Assembly: GCA_965213625.1 (NCBI GenBank)
Contig: CBDBZU010000004.1
Span: forward strand, 2,016,001 to 2,080,000
Length of the DNA stretch: 64,000 bases
Direction of reading: 5' to 3'
Source: a bacterium
GTDB lineage: Bacteria; UBA8248
The notes under the pieces are model-generated. The model ran no database searches, had not been told where the DNA came from, and was given only the letters and a program-made list of their open reading frames with translations. Of the stretch, positions 1-9,075 are shown in pieces. The translations under genes were made by a program, and so were the position numbers. The stretch's first letter is position 1. Each line of letters starts with the position of its first letter.

Positions 1-1
1 C

Positions 2-232
2 GATGACGTGCGCGCCCTGCTCGACGACTTTAATGCTCTGGCTGCGCAGGATGACTCTGCTCCCGATGCCCGCGAAGCCCTGGCGCAGCAGGCCGATGCG
101 CTATCCTCCCGCTATGCCGCCGCGCACATGTCGGCCCTCGCCGAACACCTGGGCTTTCTCGCCGAATTCCTGCGGAGTTGCTACCCCATCCGGCCGGTTA
201 TGGAAACGGCTAGGCTGGAAGAAATCTCATAA
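2..232 (+). CDS. 3' end of a gene truncated by the window edge; helical protein of unknown function
   Basis: Frame is open from position 2 to TAA at 230-232, has GC-rich codon usage, and is followed directly by a terminator hairpin. Confidence 0.6.
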   Translation, partial: DDVRALLDDFNALAAQDDSAPDAREALAQQADALSSRYAAAHMSALAEHLGFLAEFLRSCYPIRPVMETARLEEIS

Positions 233-264
233 AAAACCCCCGGAGCATCACGCCCCGGGGGTTT
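231..264. terminator. Intrinsic terminator between convergent genes
   Basis: AAACCCCCGG (234-243) pairs with CCGGGGGTTT (255-264); the A-run from 231 gives a U-tract on the minus strand, downstream of moeB. Confidence 0.75.
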
Positions 265-322
265 CATATGGCTCGGCTTTCGTTGTTTTCCTATTTCTGC
301 TTGACGGCCTGTGTAGCTCCCA

Positions 323-1522
323 TCAGTGCCCGTTTGCGGCGGCGCCGGCGGGTGCTTCCGTGAGGCCGCAGAAGAACTCGTAGTCGATGAGCTCGGTGAT
401 GGAGGGGCTGTCCCCGCACACCGGGCAGGCCGGGTCACGCCTGATCTTGAGCGTCCTGAATTGCGACTTGAGCGCGTCGTACATCAGCAGTTTGCCGATG
501 AGCGGTTCGCCGAAGCCCACGATGAGCTTGGCCGTCTCCGTCGCCTGGATGGAGCCCATGGTGCCGCACAGCGCGCCAAGTACCCCTGCGTCCTGGCAGG
601 AGGGCACCATGCCGGGAGGCGGCGGTTCGGGATAGAGGCAGCGGTAACAGGGGCCGCCCTCTCCGGGGTGGTAGACGGTGGCCTGGCCTTCGAACTTGAA
701 GATGGAGGCGTCGACGATGGGTTTTCCGAGAAATACCGCCGCGTCGTTCACGAGGTAGCGCGTCGGGAAATTGTCCGCCCCGTTCACGATGACGTCGTAG
801 TCTTTGAGGATGTCGAGCGCGTTGTCGCGGTTGATTCTTTCTTCGTGCGCGATGACGTTCACGTCCGGGTTCAGCGCGGTGAGGGTAGCCGTCGCGCTTT
901 CGACTTTGGAGATTCCAACGCGGTCATTCGTGTGGACGATCTGGCGCTGCAGGTTGCTCATGTCCACGACGTCCAGGTCCACGATGCCGATGTTCCCCAC
1001 GCCCATGGCAGTCAGATAAAGCCCGGTGGGAGAACCCAGACCGCCCGCGCCGATCAGGACGACCTTGGCGTCCAGGAGTTTGGACTGGCCCTTTTCCCCG
1101 ATTTGGGAGAGCAGGAAGTGGCGGCTGTAGCGGTTTAACTGCTCTGCGCTCATCTGCTTGTCCACTTGCACGGGAAAGGCCAGGTCTTTCCACTTCCCGT
1201 AACCTCCCGCCATGGACTTCACGTTCTGATAGCCCATGGATTGCAGCACCTGGCCCGCGAGCAGCGAGCGTACGCCGCCCGCACAGTAGGCGACGATGGG
1301 CGTCGTCCTGTCGGGAACGACCTGTTCGATCTTGAGTTCCAGGAATCCGCGGCTCACGTGTTCGGCGCCCGGCAGGTACCCGCCCCGGAACTCGTCCGGT
1401 TCGCGCACGTCGATGAGCGCCAACTCGGCGCCCGAATCGATAGCGGATTTCACATCTTCCGCCGTGATCTCAGGAACATCGCCCCGCGCGGCCTCGAGCA
1501 GGTCTCGTCCTGTTTTTGACAT
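323..1522 (-). CDS. moeB: Rhodanese-ThiF/MoeB fusion (MoeZ-type sulfur-carrier adenylyltransferase)
   Basis: N-terminal rhodanese (DVRE, YCAGGVRS), then RYSRH, GAGGLG, SNLQRQ, CYRC and CPVC zinc motifs. Confidence 0.92.
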   Translation of the reverse strand: MSKTGRDLLEAARGDVPEITAEDVKSAIDSGAELALIDVREPDEFRGGYLPGAEHVSRGFLELKIEQVVPDRTTPIVAYCAGGVRSLLAGQVLQSMGYQNVKSMAGGYGKWKDLAFPVQVDKQMSAEQLNRYSRHFLLSQIGEKGQSKLLDAKVVLIGAGGLGSPTGLYLTAMGVGNIGIVDLDVVDMSNLQRQIVHTNDRVGISKVESATATLTALNPDVNVIAHEERINRDNALDILKDYDVIVNGADNFPTRYLVNDAAVFLGKPIVDASIFKFEGQATVYHPGEGGPCYRCLYPEPPPPGMVPSCQDAGVLGALCGTMGSIQATETAKLIVGFGEPLIGKLLMYDALKSQFRTLKIRRDPACPVCGDSPSITELIDYEFFCGLTEAPAGAAANGH

Positions 1523-1731
1523 TTATTGTTCTCCTTTGCTGCCAGCATTCGCTGAAAAGGGATATGGATTGGAAAATCGTATCGCGAAAGTTGTCGGAAT
1601 GGAAGAGCGGGCAACTCGCTTTCCATAATTCTTTCGAATACTAAACTAAATTACTCAAGAATTGCAAGCCCGCCTGTAAAACCATGGAACCGGGTCATCA
1701 TGCCGAATTATGGTCTTCGTCGCCATGTACG

Positions 1732-2613
1732 CTAGTCGCCCATCCCTGCGCCTTTTTCGAAAAATTCTAAAATGGCGTTCTGGTCCGCGTTCCCGTGGCC
1801 CAGGGCGGCCGCGCTCATATAGACCTGCCGCGCCATCGTCCCCAGCGGAATCGGCGTCCCGATGCCGTCGGCCATCGCCGCGATGATGCGCAAGTCCTTG
1901 AGCATCAGGTTTATCGTGAACGTGGGCGTGTAGTCTTTGGCGATCATGGGTGAGGCCTTGTACTCGATAATCTTCGGGATCACGCTCGCCTTCAGGAACT
2001 CGACCATCAGTTCCGGGTCCAGGCCCCCCTTCGTCCCCATGGTCAGCGCCTCGGCGATGGCGGAGATGTGGATCGCAAAGATGTGGTTCGTCACCAGCTT
2101 CATCTGGAGGCCCGCGCCGTTCGAGCCGAAGTAGTGGATCGAGGCGCTGAAGGCCTCCAAAACGTCGCGGTGGGCATTGAGTGAAGCCTCATCGCCCCCC
2201 ACCATGATGGCCAGGGTTCCCGCTTTTGCGTGAGGCACGCTGCCACTCACGGGGGTGTCCAGAAACTGCACGCCTCGGTTTTTCGCTTCCACCGCCAACT
2301 CCTGGCTGCCTTCGACCGTCAGTGTCGACAAATCGAAGCAGACCGCGCTTTCAGAGGCGGTTGTGAGCGCCCCGGTCTCGCCCAGATAGGCTTCTTTTGC
2401 GTGCTCGACCTCGGGCACTGAACTGCAGATGACCTCGGCGCCCGTAGCGGCTTCCGCAGCCGTCTCGAAGACATTCAAACCGGCCGAGGCCGCCCGCTCG
2501 CGCGCGGCGGGGACGGGGTCGAAGCCGCGTACCTCGAAGCCCGCCTTCACAAGATTCTCCGACATGCCGGAGCCCATGTTGCCTAGACCCAGGAAAGCAA
2601 CCACTTTCGCCAT
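1732..2613 (-). CDS. NAD(P)-dependent beta-hydroxyacid dehydrogenase (MmsB/GarR family), paralog 1
   Basis: FLGLGNMG, DTPVSGS, MVGG, catalytic MKLVTN, KDL. Confidence 0.9.
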   Translation of the reverse strand: MAKVVAFLGLGNMGSGMSENLVKAGFEVRGFDPVPAARERAASAGLNVFETAAEAATGAEVICSSVPEVEHAKEAYLGETGALTTASESAVCFDLSTLTVEGSQELAVEAKNRGVQFLDTPVSGSVPHAKAGTLAIMVGGDEASLNAHRDVLEAFSASIHYFGSNGAGLQMKLVTNHIFAIHISAIAEALTMGTKGGLDPELMVEFLKASVIPKIIEYKASPMIAKDYTPTFTINLMLKDLRIIAAMADGIGTPIPLGTMARQVYMSAAALGHGNADQNAILEFFEKGAGMGD

Positions 2614-2755
2614 TTCTCATCACTCCTGAATTTATTACTGCATCACTCAATGCCCATCGAACGGATCGACGAACCTGATAAATCAAGGCCATACCCCTTG
2701 AGTCGGGCGAGGCGTCTCCCGGCGCGGAAGCATACTTCAGCTTGCCCCTATGAAA

Positions 2756-3661
2756 TTATTTTCTCTTTATCCTCATTCCTGCGGCGCTCAGGAAAGCCTC
2801 GAAAACCGCGTTGCCGTCCGCTTGTTCGAAGCCGCGCGCCACGGCGGATGTGTGAAGTTGCCGCGCGGCGACGCCAATGGGTACGGGAACGCCCAAATCG
2901 TTCGCCTCGTTGGTGCTGAGTCCCAAATCCTTGAAGCTGAGTCCCAAATTCCCGATTACGTTGGAATAATCACGAGCCGCCATCTCTCTTCCTTTGAAAT
3001 GCATCATGTTCGGAATCGCGCTTCCTTGTATGAATTTCATCATCTTGCGGGCCGGAATTCCGGCCTTCACCCCGAACGCAAGGCCCTCGGCCATGCCGGC
3101 GTGCTGGATGAAGATGATGTGGTTCGACACCAGCTTCATGAGCAGGCCGTTTCCCGATTTTCCCATGTAGGTGACGGATTTACTGAAAGCGTCGAGCACG
3201 TCACGGTGTTCCTTGAGGGAGGACTCGTCTCCACCCACGATGGCGGAGATTTGCTTTTGCTCCAAGTGCGGAACGCTTCCGAGCACGGGAGAATCCAGAA
3301 AGGCAATTCCTTTCTTCTTGGCTTCTGCGGCGATCTCTTTCGCCAGGGCGACACTGCTTGTCGACAGCTCGAAACAGACCGCCCCGCGCCGAATGGTCTT
3401 GAGCACGCCGCCTTCGCCCAAGTAGACGTCTCTCACGATCTCGGTTTTTGGGAGCGAACTGCACACTACATCCACGCCCTTGACGGCTACTGCGACTGTT
3501 TTCGCGATTTTCGCGCCGTTCCTCTTTGCCGTCGCGACGGCTTTGGGAGCGGGGTCGTAACCGGTGACGTCGAAGCCGGCGTCAACCAGGTGTTTCGCCA
3601 TCAATCCACCCATGCGGCCCAGGCCCAGAAATGCGATTTTTTTCTTTGCCTCGTTCGCCAT
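2756..3661 (-). CDS. Beta-hydroxyacid dehydrogenase family, paralog 2
   Basis: FLGLGRMG, DSPVLGS, MKLVSN, KDL. Confidence 0.9.
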   Translation of the reverse strand: MANEAKKKIAFLGLGRMGGLMAKHLVDAGFDVTGYDPAPKAVATAKRNGAKIAKTVAVAVKGVDVVCSSLPKTEIVRDVYLGEGGVLKTIRRGAVCFELSTSSVALAKEIAAEAKKKGIAFLDSPVLGSVPHLEQKQISAIVGGDESSLKEHRDVLDAFSKSVTYMGKSGNGLLMKLVSNHIIFIQHAGMAEGLAFGVKAGIPARKMMKFIQGSAIPNMMHFKGREMAARDYSNVIGNLGLSFKDLGLSTNEANDLGVPVPIGVAARQLHTSAVARGFEQADGNAVFEAFLSAAGMRIKRK

Positions 3662-3790
3662 TTCTTCAGACTCCTGAAGTTTCTTGCGCTATCGTTCTAC
3701 GATAATGGTTGAGAACGTTGGGGCCTTCTCTCAAAAATCGAGTGAGGCGCCTCCCGGCGCAAGCGCCTACCTCCGCTTGCCCCTGTAAAA

Positions 3791-4696
3791 TTATTTTCTC
3801 TTCGGCTTCGTGCCCATGGCGTTCAGGAAAGACTCGAAGACTGCGTTGAAATCCGCATCTTCAAGTCCGAGCGCCATGGCGGAGGTGTATTGCTGGCGCG
3901 CGGCGGCGCCCAGGGGCACGGGGGCGCCCAGATCGTTCGCCTCGTTGATGCTGAGTCCCAGATCCTTGTAGCTTATCCCTAAGTTCGCGATGACGTCGGA
4001 ATAATCGCGCGCCGCCATCGTAGTGCCCTTGTAATGGATGAGGAGGGGAATCACGCTTCCCTGCAAAAATTTCATCATTTTGGGAGCCGTCAGGCCCGCT
4101 TTCATCCCGAACGCGAGACCCTCGGCCATACCGGAATGCTGGATGTTCAGAATGTGGTTCGTCACCAACTTCATGATCAGGCCGTTGCCTGATTTCCCCA
4201 TGTAGGTGACGGACTTGCTGAAGGCGTCGAGCACGTCGCGGTGTTCCTTGAGCGCGGCCTGGTCTCCGCCTACGATGGCGGATACCTCTTTACGCTCCAG
4301 GTGCGGAATACTGCCGCTGACGGGCGCGTCCAGAAAGGCGATTCCCTTTTTCTTGGCCGCTTCGGCAATTTCTTTCGCCAGAGTCACGCTGCTCGTCGAA
4401 AGCTCAAAGCAAACGGTGCCGCGCCGCGCCGTTTTGAGTACGCCCTTGGGGCCCAGATATACGTTTCTGACGACGGCGGGAGAGGGGAGCGAACTGCATA
4501 CCACATCTGCGCCCTTGACGGCCGCCGCCACGGTTCTGGCGGTTTTCGCGCCGTTTTTCTTCGCAGTAGCGACGGCATTTGGAGAGGGGTCGTAGCCCGT
4601 TACGGGAAAGCCGGCGTCAACCTGGTGTTTCGTCATCAATCCGCCCATGCGGCCTAGACCTAGAAATGCGATTTTTTTCGTTGCCTTGCGCGCCAT
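3791..4696 (-). CDS. Beta-hydroxyacid dehydrogenase family, paralog 3
   Basis: FLGLGRMG, DAPVSGS, MKLVTN; same length as paralog 2 and offset by exactly 1035 bp. Confidence 0.9.
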   Translation of the reverse strand: MARKATKKIAFLGLGRMGGLMTKHQVDAGFPVTGYDPSPNAVATAKKNGAKTARTVAAAVKGADVVCSSLPSPAVVRNVYLGPKGVLKTARRGTVCFELSTSSVTLAKEIAEAAKKKGIAFLDAPVSGSIPHLERKEVSAIVGGDQAALKEHRDVLDAFSKSVTYMGKSGNGLIMKLVTNHILNIQHSGMAEGLAFGMKAGLTAPKMMKFLQGSVIPLLIHYKGTTMAARDYSDVIANLGISYKDLGLSINEANDLGAPVPLGAAARQQYTSAMALGLEDADFNAVFESFLNAMGTKPKRK

Positions 4697-4705
4697 TTCT
4701 CTCTC

Positions 4706-5584
4706 CTATCTATCAAGCCCGAGCAGTTTCAGGGGGTTTTCCACGAGTATTTTTTCGCGGATGTTTTCATCCGGTGCCCAGTCGAACAGTTGATCCAGCA
4801 AGTCGCCGTCGTTGGGCATCGGTATCTTGCAGACGGGATGCGGCCAGTCCGTGCCCCAGATCACGCGCTCGGGAGCTGTTTCGATGAGGGCGCTGGCGAC
4901 GGGGTCTACGTCCGAATAGGGCGTCTGCTTTAGGCCCGTGATTCGGTATGCGCCCGTGAGTTTCACCCACGTTCGGCCTTCTCTGAGCAAGTCCATGAAT
5001 TCCTGGAGAGGGGCTAGACCCTCGCCCGCCGGAACGTATCCCATGTGCCCGAAAACGCTGTGGACTGGCAGGGAGGAGAAGGTTTTTCTGAGTTCTGGGT
5101 ATTCATGCACGTGGATCAAAAACTCCATGTGCCAGCCCATGTCCTGGATGCGCTCGCCCATCGCCTGAACGTCTGCGAACGAATCGAAGGGGTTCCCGCC
5201 CTTGTCCGCCAGATTGATCCGCAAGCCGCGAACCCCGGCATCGTGAAGGCGCGCCAACTCCGCCTCGCTCACCTCCTTGTCTACGGAGGCCACGCCCATG
5301 AGCCGCCCGCCCGAGCGGGCCATCGCGTCGAGCATGGCGGTATTGTCGACACCGTAGACGCTCGGCTGGGTGAGAACGCCGCGCTCTACGCCGAGCGTAC
5401 GGTGGAGGGTTTCGTAGGCATCGAGCAGGGCGTCGGGAGGCGTGTAGCCCCTTTTGGGGGAATAAGTGTATTTGCTCTCGGGGCCGAAAATGTGCCCGTG
5501 TGTGTCCCAGGCGCCGGGGGGGAGCTTGAAGCGGGGTGCTCTGGGTTGGGGGTCCGGGGGCGGGCAGGGGAGCATATCGGGCAT
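4706..5584 (-). CDS. Amidohydrolase_2 family, LigI-like (2-pyrone-4,6-dicarboxylate lactonase-like)
   Basis: WDTHGHIFG, QPSVYGVDN, GVRGLRIN, WVKLTGAYR, WGTDWPHP, ENPLKL. Confidence 0.85.
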   Translation of the reverse strand: MPDMLPCPPPDPQPRAPRFKLPPGAWDTHGHIFGPESKYTYSPKRGYTPPDALLDAYETLHRTLGVERGVLTQPSVYGVDNTAMLDAMARSGGRLMGVASVDKEVSEAELARLHDAGVRGLRINLADKGGNPFDSFADVQAMGERIQDMGWHMEFLIHVHEYPELRKTFSSLPVHSVFGHMGYVPAGEGLAPLQEFMDLLREGRTWVKLTGAYRITGLKQTPYSDVDPVASALIETAPERVIWGTDWPHPVCKIPMPNDGDLLDQLFDWAPDENIREKILVENPLKLLGLDR

Positions 5585-5599
5585 ACAATTTCCCTTTAG

Positions 5600-5899
5600 T
5601 TAGTGGAGGTCGCCCTCGCGGCCATAGAGCTTGTGGCGAGGTCGTCCCGCCAGAATCTCCGCCTTTCCCCAGTCCGTGACGGCGCGAAAGGCATCGCTCC
5701 TGATGAAAGCCATGAAGTCTTCCTGCGCCTCCCACTCAGAGAGGATGGTGTAGGAATTGGGATTTTTCACCTGCTGATACAAAAGGCTCTGCACGTGGCC
5801 GGCCTGGCCATCAAGGGCGCCTGCCACTGCCTCGAATTTTTCCTCGAATTCTTTTTCCTTGCCCGGCAGGACGTCGTAATACATGCCTACGGTGATCAT
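5600..5899 (-). CDS. Antibiotic biosynthesis monooxygenase (ABM) family protein
   Basis: 99 aa with V.PGKE.EFE, SEW..EDF.AF..SDAF pattern. Confidence 0.85.
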   Translation of the reverse strand: MITVGMYYDVLPGKEKEFEEKFEAVAGALDGQAGHVQSLLYQQVKNPNSYTILSEWEAQEDFMAFIRSDAFRAVTDWGKAEILAGRPRHKLYGREGDLH

Positions 5900-5930
5900 G
5901 TTCCGCTCCTTGCGTGACGCTGGTGAGGCG

Positions 5931-6797
5931 TTAGAGGTATTCGCGCTCCCACGTCTGGATTTCCGAGATGCCCAGGGCGTCGTTATATTCCTGAAAAGTG
6001 GCCATCATCTCGCGCGCCGAGCGCGTGGAGCCTTCTTCCTTCAGGATGCGCAGCACGTCGTTCACCGCTTTCAAATACGTGCAGCGCACGATGCCCGGAT
6101 AGATGATGACGCCGAAGCCGAGTTCTCCGAGTTCATCCACGCTGAGCGCCGCCTCGCGCCTCGATTCATCCAGTGTGGTGACGTGGGGCGGGGGTACCTC
6201 GGCTCCGATTTTCCTGAGTTCCTCCTCGGTGCCTTCCACCTCGATGAATGTGAGATCGGCCCCCGCCTCTTTATAGGCGACGGCCCTGCGGATCGCTTCG
6301 TCGAGTCCGTGATCGGCGGCGGCGTCCGTGCGGGCGAGGATGAGGAAATTATCGCTTTCCCGTGCGTCGAGGGCCGCCTTGAGCTTACCGAGTTGTTCAT
6401 CCAGCGAAATGACGGGGACCGAGCCGGGCAGGAAGCCGCACCTTTTTGGGGTTATCTGATCCTCGATCTGGATGCAGGCGACGCCCGCCGATTCGAGTTC
6501 ACGGACGGTGCGAATCATGTTCACGGCATTTCCGTAGCCGGTGTCGGCATCCGCGATGAGGGGAATGGAAGTGGCTTGAACAATGTTCCTGCAGACATCG
6601 GCCACCTCGCGCAGCGTCATGAAGCCTACGTCGGGTTTGCCGAGGAGCGCCGCCGAGGCGCCGTTGCCCGTCAGGTAGTTCACCTCGAACCCCGACTGCT
6701 CCACCATGCGCGCGCTGAAAGCGTCTATGCAGGCGGGAGCGAGCACGGGTCGGTTCTCTTGCAGAAGCGCCCGAAGGCGCGCACCACGTTCGTTCAT
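5931..6797 (-). CDS. Isocitrate lyase/PEP mutase family enzyme (PrpB-like)
   Basis: DAFSAR, IADADTGYG, IEDQ..PKRCG, ARTDA, Y.EAGAD. Confidence 0.88.
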   Translation of the reverse strand: MNERGARLRALLQENRPVLAPACIDAFSARMVEQSGFEVNYLTGNGASAALLGKPDVGFMTLREVADVCRNIVQATSIPLIADADTGYGNAVNMIRTVRELESAGVACIQIEDQITPKRCGFLPGSVPVISLDEQLGKLKAALDARESDNFLILARTDAAADHGLDEAIRRAVAYKEAGADLTFIEVEGTEEELRKIGAEVPPPHVTTLDESRREAALSVDELGELGFGVIIYPGIVRCTYLKAVNDVLRILKEEGSTRSAREMMATFQEYNDALGISEIQTWEREYL

Positions 6798-6937
6798 GGC
6801 GTTTCCCTCGAATAAGTGGAGAACAAGTTATTCGGAAGTTCTCCCACCACCGGCCACGTGTCAAGCGAGCCTTGTGTTCTGCGTGGCCCTGGAGTTAGAG
6901 TAATCTTGCCTCCACGAAAAAACAGGATCTACACTCC

Positions 6938-7711
6938 ATGCGGAAGAAACGCTCTTCTCGAGCCGAGTCCGAAGAGATGGCGGCCCTCGCCCGAGCCGTC
7001 GAACGTTCCCAGACCGAAGGTTGCGCAGGACTCCATCACCTGAGCACACCGCTGGGACGCGACAATTACCTTTGTAAAGCGGATATCGTGAAAAACTTGC
7101 AACCGAAAGGCGGCAGGTTGCTGGACTGGGGATGCGGTTATGGGCAGATGTCTTATCTCCTGAGAAACCGGGGTTTCGAAGTAGTTTCCTATACCATCGA
7201 GGCGGCAGAACCCTCTCCTTGGAATTCCTTTCTTCGCGAGCAGAATCTAGAAGTTGTTTACGGTGAAGCCCCCGTTCGGCTTCCTTTCGAGGATGAATCG
7301 TTCGATATCGTTTTGTCCTGCGGCGTACTGGAGCATGTAGAAGACGAGAGCGGCTCACTCACGGAAATACGGCGCATTTTGCGTCCTGAGGGGTTGTTCG
7401 TCGTGATGATGCTTCCTAACGAATGGAGCTATGCGGAGTTCATGGCGAGATACATTTTCAAGGCGAGCGATCACGACCGGCTCTATTCCATTAAAAAGAT
7501 GTGTTACATCCTTTCCCGGTTCGGGTTTCGGGCAATCAGGACATGGTATTCGAACATACTGCCAAAAAATTTCACCCCTTTGCCCGAAAAACTCAGACAA
7601 ACATTCGGAGCGCACCCGTATATATGGTTGGGTGTGGAGGCATGGCTGTCCAGGATTCCTCCCGTTTGCTGCTTCAGTGGGGTCGTTGAAGGCGCATTTG
7701 CGCGCCTGTAA
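6938..7711 (+). CDS. Class I SAM-dependent methyltransferase
   Basis: LLDWGCGYG, LPFEDESFD, VLEHV, LRPEG. Confidence 0.88.
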   Translation: MRKKRSSRAESEEMAALARAVERSQTEGCAGLHHLSTPLGRDNYLCKADIVKNLQPKGGRLLDWGCGYGQMSYLLRNRGFEVVSYTIEAAEPSPWNSFLREQNLEVVYGEAPVRLPFEDESFDIVLSCGVLEHVEDESGSLTEIRRILRPEGLFVVMMLPNEWSYAEFMARYIFKASDHDRLYSIKKMCYILSRFGFRAIRTWYSNILPKNFTPLPEKLRQTFGAHPYIWLGVEAWLSRIPPVCCFSGVVEGAFARL

Positions 7712-7822
7712 CGGGCATAAGTAAAAAGGCGGATACGACCGGCGAGATGCTTGGTCATTCGAGTGAAGAAATCTTGAGCGCCTGAAAGATGACGAATGGG
7801 CTATGTATACGGGTAAGCCATC

Positions 7823-8938
7823 ATGCGCGTTTTAATCATTTCGCGCTTCTGCGCGTCGCCGATGTATCGCGCGAAGCTTGCTGCAATCGCACGTCGTCCC
7901 GGCCTGGAAATTTCTCTGCTCGCGCCTGCGGAGTGGAAAGATGGCGCGCGGACACTCATTTGCCGGGAGGGTGAGGAGAATGGCTACTGGATCTTCACCG
8001 GTCCCTTGATTTTGAATGGCAGGGTGGGCGGACACGTCTACCGTAGGGGACTCTGGAGGGCGCTCCGGGAAGCGCAGCCGGACATCGTCCATATGGAGGA
8101 GGAATCCTACAGCTTCGTCGCGGCGCAAGTGCTGCTTTATCTGTCTATGTTGAGGACGCGGCCGAAGCTCATGGTCAACAACTCGGAGAATTTCGATATT
8201 GCTCTCCCCTGGCGTTCCCGCAGAATTGAGAATACCGTTTTTCGTCGCGCGGATGCGCTGTTGGTCTTTGCCCGTACGGCCCGGGAGAGATTGTTGCGCC
8301 TCGGCGCGGTGCCGGAAAAAGTGCGAACGCTGCCCCAGTTCGGACTGGACCCCGAGCTTTTCCGACCTCCCGAGCCGGGTGAACGCGGCAATGTTTTTTG
8401 CGTCGGGTATGTTGGGAGACTGGTTCGCTCGAAAGGGGTGGACGTTCTCCTGAGAGCGCTCGCGGGTCTTTCTGGAGAGTGGAGAGCGCAGATCGTGGGG
8501 GATGGGCCCGAGCGTGAAACGCTTGAGTGGCTGGCGCGATCCCTCGGGATTTGGGAACGTGTGGGATTTGTTGGCTGGGTCGATCACTTCGGGGTGCCTG
8601 GATATTTGCGGCGGTGGCATGTGCTGGCGTTGCCGTCGAGAACAACCGCGCACTGGATGGAGCAGTTCGGCCGGGTGCTGATCGAGGCTATGGGTTGCGG
8701 CGTGGTTCCCGTGGGAGCGGCCACGGGCGAAATCCCGCACGTCATTGGTTCAGAGGGGTTCATATTTCCCGAAGACGATGTAGAGGCTCTTCAAAAAATT
8801 CTCCAGAAGTTGCAACACGAACCCCCCGAGCGTGAAAGGCTGGCGAAGGTGGGTCGCAATAGAGTGTTAGAAGAATTCACCTGGGATGTCCTGGCGGATG
8901 AAACACGTCGTCTCTATGGGGATATATTGAGTACTTAA
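7823..8938 (+). CDS. Glycosyltransferase family 4
   Basis: YVGRLV..KG, EQFGRVLIEAMGCG. Confidence 0.9.
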   Translation: MRVLIISRFCASPMYRAKLAAIARRPGLEISLLAPAEWKDGARTLICREGEENGYWIFTGPLILNGRVGGHVYRRGLWRALREAQPDIVHMEEESYSFVAAQVLLYLSMLRTRPKLMVNNSENFDIALPWRSRRIENTVFRRADALLVFARTARERLLRLGAVPEKVRTLPQFGLDPELFRPPEPGERGNVFCVGYVGRLVRSKGVDVLLRALAGLSGEWRAQIVGDGPERETLEWLARSLGIWERVGFVGWVDHFGVPGYLRRWHVLALPSRTTAHWMEQFGRVLIEAMGCGVVPVGAATGEIPHVIGSEGFIFPEDDVEALQKILQKLQHEPPERERLAKVGRNRVLEEFTWDVLADETRRLYGDILST

Positions 8939-9075
8939 GCGTCAGGCGAATGGATGAGATGAGGTGGGTGGCGTTGTATATTTCTAGCGATCCGGTAGCG
9001 GAATTTCCGCCGAGAGGCGAAGCGCGCTATATTCTAATTTTCTGCGAGGCTGAAATTCTTTTTTGAGAATGCAAA

